Source: Anthoceros angustus (taxonomy: Eukaryota; Plantae; Anthocerotophyta). Taken from it: a DNA stretch of 64,000 nt. Location of the stretch: NCBI GenBank assembly GCA_010909165.1, contig VJWM01000117.1, forward strand, positions 434,001-498,000, in the 5' to 3' direction. Numbering within the stretch: position 1 is the first letter of the stretch; the number at the start of each line of letters is the position of its first letter. The position numbers and the translations under genes were made by a program. The notes below the pieces were generated by a model, which had not been told where the DNA came from, did no database searches, and worked only from the letters and a program-made list of their open reading frames with translations. Shown in pieces: positions 48,701-59,469 of the stretch.

Positions 48701-50083
48701 GCGGAGAGTGGTCTTCCTGCCAAAGGGCACCGCACAGGAAGAGGCGCCCAGCCTTGGGCATCACAGGCCCTTGCCTGCCCACGAGCAAAGGCCAGTAAGC
48801 CTCTTGAGTGGCATTGCCTGCCAAGGCTGCATTGATGATTGCGTCCTTTCCTTCCGCTTCCCATGTTGTCCCCTGGATGTTGATCTCCGTAACGTCTTGT
48901 TGACTTGAATACAGTTCATCAAGTCTCTAAACATGTCATGATCCAGGGCGTCCCAGAAGAAATGTCGAGCTTTTCAGAGATGCGTTGCCCTCCAAGGATC
49001 TCAGCAACTCTTTCTTGAACGAGGCGTGGCCCTTGAGCCTCAAGTCCAGGACACGCAGTGCTTTGCATTCCGGGAGCAACTGGACAAGGCGCATCCACAC
49101 ATCCGTCGCAGCTGATGGCGTACTGAGTGAGACGAAGTTCAGATATGGTGGAGTTGTGGCGTAACCCGTCCAGGCCGTGGATGAGAGCATATGGAGTGGT
49201 GACAAGCTCTCGATACGATCGTTGGTGCGCAGCATTCCGGCCAGGGCGTCTGCCAGGCCTGCCTCCCCATCCTTCGAGATATCCAAAAGCTGTGTGACGC
49301 CAGAGATGGAGGCATTCTCATCCTCATCCGCGCGGGTGAAAGCAAGTTTGAGCACAGTGCCCATGGGCCCGAGGCCGCCGGGAATGGGACCCCGCAATGC
49401 AACGACATCACCCAACCTCAGATGCCGGAGCGTGGCACAGAGCGGAAGAGCATTTGCAATACACTGGGCTCCCGCCACATCCATGCCGATGCCTTGCAGT
49501 GACAGATCCTTGAGACGGGGAGCCGTGGCCAGAATGCGGGCCAGGTGCTGTGCCCCTTCAGCACCTCCCACCTCGTTCCCGTGTAAGTCCAACTTCTCCA
49601 GGACAGAATCCTTGTTGAAGCCTTTGGCCAGGGCACCCAGTCCCGCGGCATCAAGCCCAACAATGCTGAAAGTGTTCGTAAGCTGCGACTGGATGCAACA
49701 AGCTGGCCCAGAGCCTCGCAAGCCGCCTGCCTTCCAAAACCTTTACAGCCATACAGACTCAGTCCTTCCAGGGAAGGGTTGGACGCCAGGCCCCCCAACA
49801 GAACCGACACTTCATCCTCCCGATCCAAGCCGATGGCCCACCAGGCCCAAATGGTTATCTTCTCGAGACTGCAGCAGTTGGCAATGGCTGTCAACACCCG
49901 CTTGCGCACTCGCCAGTGCCTTCCCTCATCACCACGGATTCGCCCACTGAAGTAGCCGCCATACTCTTCATCATTATGCAGATCGGGTAGATGGGACACG
50001 GCATTCCGGCCCAGATCTAGCAGCAGCTGCTGCAGCTGAACCGGCAGCGCGCGCCAATCCTCCGCCTCATGCTCTTCCGCCAT
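45734..50083 (-). pseudogene. TRN1-like: TORNADO1-like Roco protein (RI-type LRRs, Roc GTPase, COR, coiled coil, C-terminal Cys motif), frameshifted as assembled
   Basis: LEKLDLHGNEVG, RLFLCG...GKTTL, RTEGIEI, MWDLAGQAHY, VVATHVD, YLHDVGSII, YLGRRLQC, FFPRFQ|V, IRTECVENL, KLHFMCE...HIVEGQTG, AWVCPTC. About ten 1-nt frameshifts, mostly in homopolymers. Confidence 0.88.
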
Positions 50084-51092
50084 GCTCTGCTCTGCTATGC
50101 TGTGCTATGCTTCCCGGACTGCTAGAATGGAATGAGGGCCAGGCAGGTGCTGTGCTCCTCCAGGCCACACCACATCCCGCGGCCTTCAGCCCTGGCAGGC
50201 AGGCCCCACGCAGCGAAACTTCCCACATGAACGGCGAAACAGCCCAAACTTAAACATGCTAAAATAAGTAAATGGAATGGAATTTGTCCGGGTCAGTCGA
50301 GATCGGGACACCGGAACGGAACGGGAAACGGCTCCCGTGCACGGTCCCTGTGATGAATGATGGGCTGGGTGGTTGGGTTGGGTGTCCATGGAAACTGGAT
50401 CCAGCCTAGAAACCCTTTACTTGTAATTTTCGATAACATGATCTTTCATGAATCTAAGCTCATCAGGGTCTGGCAGCCTGTGAAAGGGAACAACACGCTC
50501 CAAAGTCGGCGTATGGGGAAGGGAAGTGCAATGATATTGCGAATATAACCCATGCTGTTTCTCCACAAGTGAATGGCAGGGTATGACTACTGTTTTCTCC
50601 CAAACTCAGTTGGAGGACCCTTTCCAGTGGTTTGAAGTGGGATATTACCAAATGGACACACTTTTATATTGGTGATTAAGCATCGGAGCTTGGATCGGTA
50701 CTTAGATGGGTCTCTAAAGGGAATGGATGCCCTTGGTACAAGTACAGGCAACCATGGTAAAGGCCGTCTATGACGGAAACCGTCCTTAGTGGACACCCCC
50801 AGTGGACAGCACAAAGTTGCTACTGTTGTTGTTGCTGAATATGGACGTCCTTGACATCAATGGTTCCTAACTATATCCGAGAATGATGATTAGTTTATCG
50901 GCTCCTGTCTGGTGGCCATGCGTCGGAAGTGTGACAATCTGGACGATGCTCACCAGGGTACTTAACAGACTGCCTGCAAGCAGCTGGAGCAGCGCTGCGG
51001 AGCCTGTGGAGTCCAGACGAGCGCATGATCGCATTAAGGCATCAAGGATCGGGAAAGTACCTTCTCGACGGCATCAAGGATCGGGAAAGTAC

Positions 51093-52355
51093 CTTCTCGA
51101 CGTATGACCGAACCATATTGCTGTCGGGCTGTCCCTCTGCAGGTGACACAGAAAAAGTAATTAGCTCTAATTTACCACTTTCCCCTGGCTCATCCGAAAT
51201 TAGCCTCTACAGGCACGGTCATAGGCATAAGGAGCACTTACCAACACCAACTTTTGAAGATCAATGAGAGTCAAGTTTACCACTGCATCACATCATAGAG
51301 TGGCAACCTGTTATGCCTCATCCTGACAAACTTCAATCCTTGCATAGAGATCGTCTTCACTACTAGCACGTGCATATGATCATAAGGGTGAAAGATACTG
51401 TCGACTTGTTTCACAATTTGATTTCATCGTTCATTTGACCGTAGGGCCACAAGTAAATCCTTCAAATTTGAGATGTAAATCTTCTGGGTAGACATACCAT
51501 GAGGAGAATATATGCTCAGTTGACACGGAACGGAGAGATCTGCTTGCTGCGCCCAGTGACTCTGTCGGTCTCATCAGATATCTCTTTCCTAAAAGCAGCT
51601 GCAACCACATACTCGTCAGGTCGAAACTTGCAAAAGTCGTCTATAATCATGGAAAGACCTAAACAGAATATGCAAGTTTCTCGATATTCACCGTCCACAC
51701 TTGCAAAAAGAGTGAAAGAACCCTAAACCTAAGAAGAAAGAGTGAAACATGCGTCCCCTCACAAAGCACAACAAGCAAGATCCTGAGGACCTCCACATCA
51801 AAAGCAAGTACACAACATTACCATAATCCGTAAACCTTCTCTTCGGCGCCATGGACAAATTCGCCATATATTCGGAACCATCGTCCATCTTGTGCAGCTG
51901 TAAAACTAGGGACGCCTCTACAATCCCTACAAATCACCGTCGCACTGATCATGTTGGAAGCCATTTGCAATACATCTGCTTTACCCGGCCCACTTCTTGC
52001 CGCGATCCTAAACCGAGGTGAATTGAAGATCTATCACCATCCTAATGCTGAATCCAGCTGGGGCTTCGAGAAAAACGACAGCATGAAAAGATGCATTTTA
52101 GATCCAATCTGCATCTAATCTGATCCGAGGCAAGAAATCCTTCCCACGATGCTCTCCAGCACAGACGACTTTCCAGAACTCTGTTGCGAGGTTAAACAGT
52201 CAGAGGAACCAGATTTCCAGACGCGCACCAAGCTGGAAACCAGCAAACAAAGAGGCATCACGTGAGGTCAAGCTGCCCCAATAAGGGAGTCAGTCCACTG
52301 ACCTGGCCTCCCACCACCACAACAGAGGGCACATGAGGCCAATCAGGCTTTCCAT
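51093..52355 (-). pseudogene. DRP1: Dynamin-related protein 1 (phragmoplastin) N-terminal exons with internal deletions
   Basis: MESLIGL...PSVVVVGGQ|SSGKSSVLESIVG, LVLQLHKMDDGSEY...PKRRFTDY|, AAFRKEISDETDRVTGRSKQIS, VVNLTLIDL, EGQPDS...NMVRSYVEK. Introns retained; 32-bp tandem duplication at 51039-51102. Confidence 0.85.
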
Positions 52356-52403
52356 TCAGCCCCCGCTGCTGCTGAAAGCAGCAACCTGCAAGCCCTGGAT
52401 TAG

Positions 52404-53361
52404 CCATTACTCATGGAGCAGGGCAGGATGTCATTCGTCATTCCTGGCCATTCATGCATGCTCAGACCGGAGCATCCCTCCTTTACCAACCAGGGCCTGC
52501 TGTTGTTCATGAATTCTGGAACATGTTCAAGAGTCAGAACCTTGAACAACTAAAAGATGAATGTCCAGAGGTGGATGAAAAATGTTCATTATTCAAAGCA
52601 CTTCTAGGCTGCGACTGGATGCAACAAGCTGGCCCAGACCCTCGCAAGCCGCCTGCCTTCCAAAACCTTCACAGGGAAGGGTTGGACGCCATGCCCCCCA
52701 ACAGAATCCACACTTCATCCTCCCGAGCCAAGCCGATTTGCCACTTGTGGGAAATACCCAAGCCGGGGCCGACACTGCGGCAGTTGGCAATGGCTGTCAA
52801 CACCTGCTTGCGCACTCGCCAGTGCCTCCCCTCATATGCTATGCTATGCTTTCCGGGACAGTAAATGTGGCCCGTGCATGATGGCTTTGCAGCACCGCAA
52901 GGCCCACAGGTGTGGCTACGGATAATCATGGTGGAGACTGGAGGCTGGTGGGGGAACTTCCGGACAGATGATAGGGCTCATGGGGTTGTTCATGGATGGT
53001 GTCAAGTCAAGGCCGTAACCTGATGCCCTTGGCCTGCGCGGATCCCAACACCGCCGCATCCAGAGGATGCCGAACCCACGCCCACCACAACTCTGAATAT
53101 CTCTACAAACTGATGTGAGAGCTCCCATAAAGGAAAAGACAAAAGAAAGAAAGAAAGATGCATACAAAGGTGAGGGCAGAAAGACGAATAAAAAGGTGCA
53201 AAGGGCCTGGCCGCAACTACTCTTCAAACACCTCCAAGCTCCACTTCAAGTTTTTCATCCGCATGAAACCATATCCGATGATATCCGACGATGATATCCG
53301 CAGCTCTGTCCCGTTCAAGACCAAAGGGAAGACCACTCTCCGCACCACCATGATTCGGGCG
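52404..53361 (-). pseudogene. Internally deleted copy of the Roco locus with flanks
   Basis: 52404-52563 matches 45511-45665; 52608-52832 matches 49683-49928; 52860-53120 matches 44757-45010; 53125-53240 matches 43528-43630; 53326-53361 is an inverted copy of the GKTTLRTTMI P-loop segment. Confidence 0.85.
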
Positions 53362-53429
53362 TGATGTGAGTACACACCCATCCAAAATGCACAGCCCAGA
53401 CAGATCGCATGACAGGAAGACTAACCTCA

Positions 53430-54795
53430 GCCATCAAGCTACGAATGGATTGTTTACAGCTGACCCACGTCACTGCAGGATCAGCTTTCAAAAGGGTCTT
53501 CACGTTGGCTTCATTAAGAAACTTCGCCAAGTACTCGCTGCCATCCTGTGATAAGGGCCAAAACAGTAAACAATATTCAACAAAACTTCACCTGCTATGA
53601 CAACTGGGTAGAACAGCATATTGCTGGATATCAAACTTACCTCCAAATGATGGTATTTTGTTAGCCGACGGACATCCAGTAGTGTTGCTATCCCACTTGT
53701 TTCCTCTATCCACTGAACGAGTGCAGTTCGGGCTTCATGGGCTTTCAGCCACTCTCCCTGGAAAAGGTGAAACAGGCACGTGCTCAACAGGAGTTTATGT
53801 GCGGGTTCCCAACATTCACGCAGAGCTTGACGTGAAGAGCCATGGAAAGATTTATCTACCTGTCAATTAGGGCTACAACCTCTTCAGCCATACTTTGGCA
53901 CTGTGCTTTTGTGGCTGATCAAGTAGACCGAAACAGTAAGCAACATCTGAATGGGATTGTACCTGCAATCCGAATCATAGACGTGAACACTGCCACTAGG
54001 GTGACAGAGAAGTGAAGACGGCCATTCAGAGGGCTACTTAATAGAAGAAGAGAGGACATCAAAATCACCTGACTCCGTGGATGCGTCAACCCATTTCCAA
54101 CAACTATTCCCATAAGTTGGGCGCCAACATTGTGCCGATTCTTAGGCTGTGGATGGTTTATCAGATAATGAGCAAGAGACGGGACATACTTCCCGGCATA
54201 GCTTTCTCCGGCCAAAAAAGGGGTCTCAGCTCAAATGAAGGATTTTCAGCGATAAAGGAAGACAGCGCATGGTGGAGATGGGCTGCTACAGTATGCTGAT
54301 CCTTTGGGACATCATCATCAGAAGATGCAATGCTGAAACCTGTCCCAACAGGACTGTCGACAAATAGCACTCCATACCTGCAACGCTTGCAAATGTGATG
54401 GAGCAGTCAGTAAGGAACCACTTGACCAGCATATCAGCCATGAAGTTATAGAAGAACGAGCAGGCGACAACGAAAAACGGTCTTGACAGCCAGACACACT
54501 GTTATTCCAGGCCCATTCATTGTGGTGCAAACTTCCGGTTCTACTAAACCGCCATGGCCCAAGTTCATAGAAGCAACCAATAAGGCTTGAACACCCAGGG
54601 CCTCCATTAAGCCAGAGCAAGAGAGGGGCATCCACAAGAGAGGTCCGAGGATCTGTTGCTTCATAGAAAACGTAGAAAAGTTGGGACCTGCTGGAGTCGC
54701 TAACAGGAAGGTAACCTGAAATTGTTGGCACAGCCTCAAAGGAAAAGTTACCGTTACTGCCTTGGGCGCTTTTGCACTGGAATGGCTTCACAGAC
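53430..54795 (-). pseudogene. Serine carboxypeptidase-like gene (S10 family), 3' half missing, several 1-nt frameshifts
   Basis: SGYLPV, LFYVFYEA, WLNGGPGCSSLIGCFYELGPW, YGVLFVDSPVGTGFS, GESYAGKYVP, GNGLTHP, TLLDVRR. The gene breaks off inside an intron at about 53362. Confidence 0.85.
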
Positions 54796-56464
54796 CTGTA
54801 GTTATCAACACACTGTGTTAGAAGATGGGATCAAGTATCGAAACGACTCACCTCCTACTACTCCATGGTGAACATGACTCTTCAAATTCAGTAGACAGAT
54901 GTGAAGAGCAAATTGCCGTGGTAAAATTAACATGCTTAGGTTAGATGGACCAGTGAGTCGACACGTGATTCAGATTCCTAGCATGAAGTAATGTGTGCAA
55001 CGGACATCAGTCAGCGGCTAAGCCCTGTGCTTTGCAGAACCACCTCAGAGTGCTCGAGAGCTCCTTCTGTCCCATCTGTCATTCTTGATCAAGGCTCATG
55101 GGTCTGAACCCGGTTCTGTTGTAAGTTTTCTGAATAAAGATGGAGTCAGCGTGAGCAAACAACTTCAATATGCTCCCAGAACTTCATAATCAGCTCGACG
55201 ATGGATCTATAACCCAAATACTATCGTTGTGACCACAAATAAGTGACAAGGACTCGGACATTATAGAAGCGTAACTCTGAATCCTTGAACATTTGAAGGC
55301 AGAAGAATACGTACAAAGCGGAGGAGCCTTGTCGTCTCGCGCGTGCTGGTGGTCCCCATATATGTTTTTCAAATGAGTTTCTATGAGGGCCGACTTTGCA
55401 TATGTTTCCTGTATGCTTTGCCACAAAAGGTACCCCTACTCAGTGCCAGCTGGAATAACATAAGTCCTGCACCGAGGGAGCTGAGCCGAGAAATTCCGCT
55501 CAGCTCCATTGCTAGGGACGAAAGAGCCAGCCACCAAAAACCGATTCAAATGCCAAGCCAAGGCCTACCTACCTCACCAGGTGCGAAGGAAACATAATTT
55601 TAGACATGCACGCACGACAAATCCCTCTCTGACCGAATCAGAACAAGAACCAGTGTCTACACTGGAATCGCTCGCGACCACTCGACCATCAGTACACCAC
55701 AGTCCCTGAGCTACACCCCGCAACTCTCACCACAAAAGATCCTGAGGAATCACTTGGAACAGACAGGCCACAAAGACAATCAGAACTGCACTCGTTTAAC
55801 TCCTGAATGACTTGTGAGGTGCGGATGCGGCATCAGAGCGGAAGCCACAGGGTGGAGCACAGACATTCAAAGACTGAGAACACATGGAAACCAAAACCTA
55901 GCCCGGAAGCGTAATGTCTATCCGAGCATTCCACCACACCGCTCCTGCAACCGTAACTGTCCGTAACCAAGTTCTTGGCAAAAAGCAGGCCGGCAGAGCA
56001 GGCCACATCCAATTTCCTGCGCTTCCGACAACTCCTGAGCTTGTCCAAGATGCTTGCAGCAGCAACAGCTGAGAATCGTGAGCTACACGCTCCCTCCTCT
56101 GTCGGAAAAGCAAGGAACAATCACATAACACGATAGAGCTGCTTGCGCGTTCCAGCAGTGGCAGGCCAGAGCCGCGTAGGTGAAGAGTGGCCAGCGCTCG
56201 TCACACCGAGCCGCGGGCTTCCGTGCTCACATTGTTCCTGCGGCCATTGTGGCGCTGTCTGCCACAAAGGGAAGGAGACAACCGACGCGACGGTCTCGTG
56301 TCCAGCTGACACACGACTCGTCGAATAGTTCCAATTAGCATAATTCCGTTTTTCTTCCTTTCTTTGAATTCAGCCCGGAAGCGCGAAGCATAGATTTGAG
56401 GGGAGGGCCCGAAAAGACAAGAAGACACTTCAGCTCGTTCAACGGAGCAAGACAAGCCTCGTGG

Positions 56465-57350
56465 CCATCGCCACAAGAGCAGCATCCTTCCACGATTGTC
56501 CGATTGAGGGTGGTGGTCCCAGGTCGTGAATTCACGACAAAGCGATAAACATGCTCATAAGCATGGTGTGCATCTCGCACTATCATCTCACGTTTCTCAA
56601 CCCGAGACATCGTGGTTCCATCACACATTCGAAGATTCGTTCAGTGACGAGCCAAGGTGTGCTATCTGCAGTGTCTGGTGGCCCAAATGGCAAAGCAAGT
56701 TTTCAAGGTCTGTATGTGGGACCATGGCCTCCGTCCTTTTGAACTGCAAATTTGCACTCTTCAGTCCCGGAGACCAAATCACCTTTCAGGCTGCTTCCTG
56801 GATTCGGAAGTGAAGTTGCTTTCCTGCTGCAATTCACCAACGCTCGCACACGCTTTCAGGAGGCACGAGTAAGTGAAATTTGTGGCGGCAGTGGCGTCTT
56901 GCATGCTGGCATAAAGAACAAGAGCTTCCTAACCAAGCCGATGTTGGGTGTACCCAGAGATCATTGCATTCCATATCACCACATCTCTCGTGGGCAAGCT
57001 TTCAAACTCGCGGCGAGCATCAAATAGGCTTCCACATTTTGAATACACACCTACCAGACAGTTGGAGACCAACACATTCGGCTTCCACATGCCAGCTTGT
57101 GAAACACCTGCATCGCCTCCTGCAACCTCCCATGAGAGGAATGAAGTGGTTGGCCAGAAATGTGTTGGACTCATGTCCACATTTAGGAAACAGTGCATGG
57201 ACGTGCCTGCCGAGCACCAAATCCTTCCTTGCGGTGCACCTGTTAAGCACATTGTAGAAGAGACATGGTGGAACAAACAAAACCCGTTGCACCAGCAGGT
57301 CCAATGCATCAACTGCCTCCCTCAGATGCCCCTGCTCACAGAGCTTGGTC
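56465..57350 (-). pseudogene. Deletion-riddled PLS PPR-DYW (DRH-like) pseudogene
   Basis: KLCEQGHLREAVDAL, RKDLVLGRHVHAL, NCLVGVYSKCGSL, VVIWNAMISGY, GGHGP, KLAL, MSRVEKREMIVRDAHH and EGCCSCGDGH occur in order, with most internal repeats missing. Confidence 0.8.
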
Positions 57351-58519
57351 CAGCCTGAGCTCTAGAGGAGCCTCACAACAAGCCACCCTGCAAGATTTGA
57401 GGCCATGGTCATCAAAAGCAAAGAAAGGAAACCTCATACGCCATGCTGCCAGACACCTTCATCATCAGCACCACATGCAGAAAGCGGATGGGAAAGGGCC
57501 ACCTTTCAGAATCCTGACATCCCAGGACAAATCATCCTCAGAACTGCAGCCAAAATGAAGCATCGTGGAGTATTCTGTCCAACAACACACAGCAAACCCA
57601 GTAGTACTCCATGATTGCAAACAAGCAGAGTCAATCAAAGCTCAGAAAACCTTGCATTATTGATGCACTATAACTACGTGACTCATTTGCAATGTTTTCT
57701 GAGCTTGGAATTGACTCTGCTGAGTTGACCGTCAAGCCTGCCCAGCTCATGGAATGAGTTGCCGTCTGTGGATGCCTTCCATACCTGCAGAGTCCCTTCT
57801 GGGCCAGGATATCAGTCTCCACCCAAGCCTAATACGCCACAGCACTAGAAACACCACCCAAACCAGAAGAGTGGAAAGGCGAAGCTGTGATGTACAACTC
57901 ACCTCGCACACTTATCAGAGCCTCCTGCTCTGGTGACAAAAAATAAGTCATCCACTCCATCGAATGCACACAGCACACAATCTGGTTCAAGACCGGTGCA
58001 CCGGGAGGTGTGCTAATCATCTTCACACACCTGAAGTGAGGTTGCTTGTCAAGCGTTTCACAGGTCAAAGCAGAAATAACTTGGAATGGCCAGGGCAGTT
58101 AGCATTGACACCTTGTGCTTGACCTACCGGCATGTTGTCAGGACGAGGCAGATACTGCCGTGAAGCCGTTGCTACTACATGGAACCTGCCACATCTAGCT
58201 TCACTCCACCACAACCATGAAGAGGACATGCAAAAAGGCAAGTCAATCGGAGAAGCAGTGACAACAGCAGATGGTTCTTCCGCTGCGGGCTGCAATGAAT
58301 CTGTTTAGCAGCACAACAACAAACAGGCCTAGGAGTATCCATCAGGCACACGCCACTGTAAAATGCAAAGCACGTCACACTTGAGCAACCACGTGAAGCA
58401 GACATAGGCCCAGGAAACATTCAGTAACTTCCACAATCCATGACCAGCTATCTCCTTCTAACCGTGAATCTCCCAAGCGTGAAAACAAAGAAGCTACCCC
58501 ACCGCGGACACAGCAGACG

Positions 58520-59240
58520 GCCTCCGTCGGATAGTCGACGGAGCTCCGCCGGATCGTCGGACAACTGGACGGAGCTCCGCCGGACCGTCGGACAACTGGA
58601 CGGAGCTCCGCCGGACCGTCGGACAAGTGGATGGAGCTCGCCGGACCATCGGACACCGGACGGACCGCCAGGCGGAGGAAGAAAGGACCACCGTGGCCGG
58701 CGGGCGGAAGGAGGTGGGCCCACCGTGGCCGCCCGGCGGAAGGAGAAAGGTGGTCGACCATCGGCCACGGTCCGGCGGACCACCGGGGACCCGGGGTCCG
58801 GCGGGTACCCGCCTGAACGGACCAGCGGGTCCCCGGCCGACCACCGGGCGGACCAGCGGGTCCCCGGCGGACCACCGGGCGGACCAGCGGGTCCCCGGCC
58901 GTCGGACCACTGGTCCCGACGGACCCCTGGGTACCCGCCGGACCGCGTACCGGGGTCCGTCGGGACCCGGTGGTCCGGCGCCGGGGTCCGTCGGGGACCC
59001 GCTGGTCCGCCCGGTGGTCCGCCGGGGACCCGCTGGTCCGCCCGGTGGTCCGCCGGGGACCCGCTGGTCCGCCCGGTGGTCCGCCGGGGACCCGCTGGTC
59101 CGCCGGGAACCCGACGGACCGCCGGACCGCACCGGGGTCCGTCGGGGACCCGGGGTCCGTCACCCTGGTGGTCCGGCGGGGACCACGGTGGGCCGACGGA
59201 CCACCGTGGTGTCCTCCTTCTTCCGCCGTGGTCTACGGAC
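58520..59240. mobile_element. Very GC-rich foldback element built from 31-bp GGACC/GGTCC units
   Basis: Four ~31-bp GTCGGACAACTGGACGGAGCTCCGCCGGACC units, then an imperfect palindrome centred near 58940. Three GGGCGGACCAGCGGGTCCCCGGCGGACCACC units face four reverse-complement units. Confidence 0.7.
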
Positions 59241-59469
59241 CTAAAATATCATAACTAGAAAGATTGAATGACCTATTTCTGAACTAGTCTATCAGCGCTG
59301 TCGAATTTATGTATAATTGTATATTATTATAATTTAAAAATATAATAATATATAAAATAAAAAATAAAATTTGTGCCATCATGATGACTTTCATCTAATC
59401 AAAACTCAGATAATCCTATCCTATCTTATTCTAATGTCAAGACCAGAGAGTCTAGGTCTTGGCCTCATT

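Noticed and set aside
49177-49950. 257-aa plus-strand ORF
   Set aside because: Antisense shadow of the GC-rich Roco LRR region.
57840-58420. Cys-rich text (ACPLHGCGG) resembling a SINA-type zinc finger
   Set aside because: Motif spacing does not hold up and no frame is continuous.
58375-59258. Long overlapping ORFs on both strands (205-272 aa, G/P/R-rich)
   Set aside because: By-product of very high GC and palindromic repeats that lack stop codons; no domain-like content.
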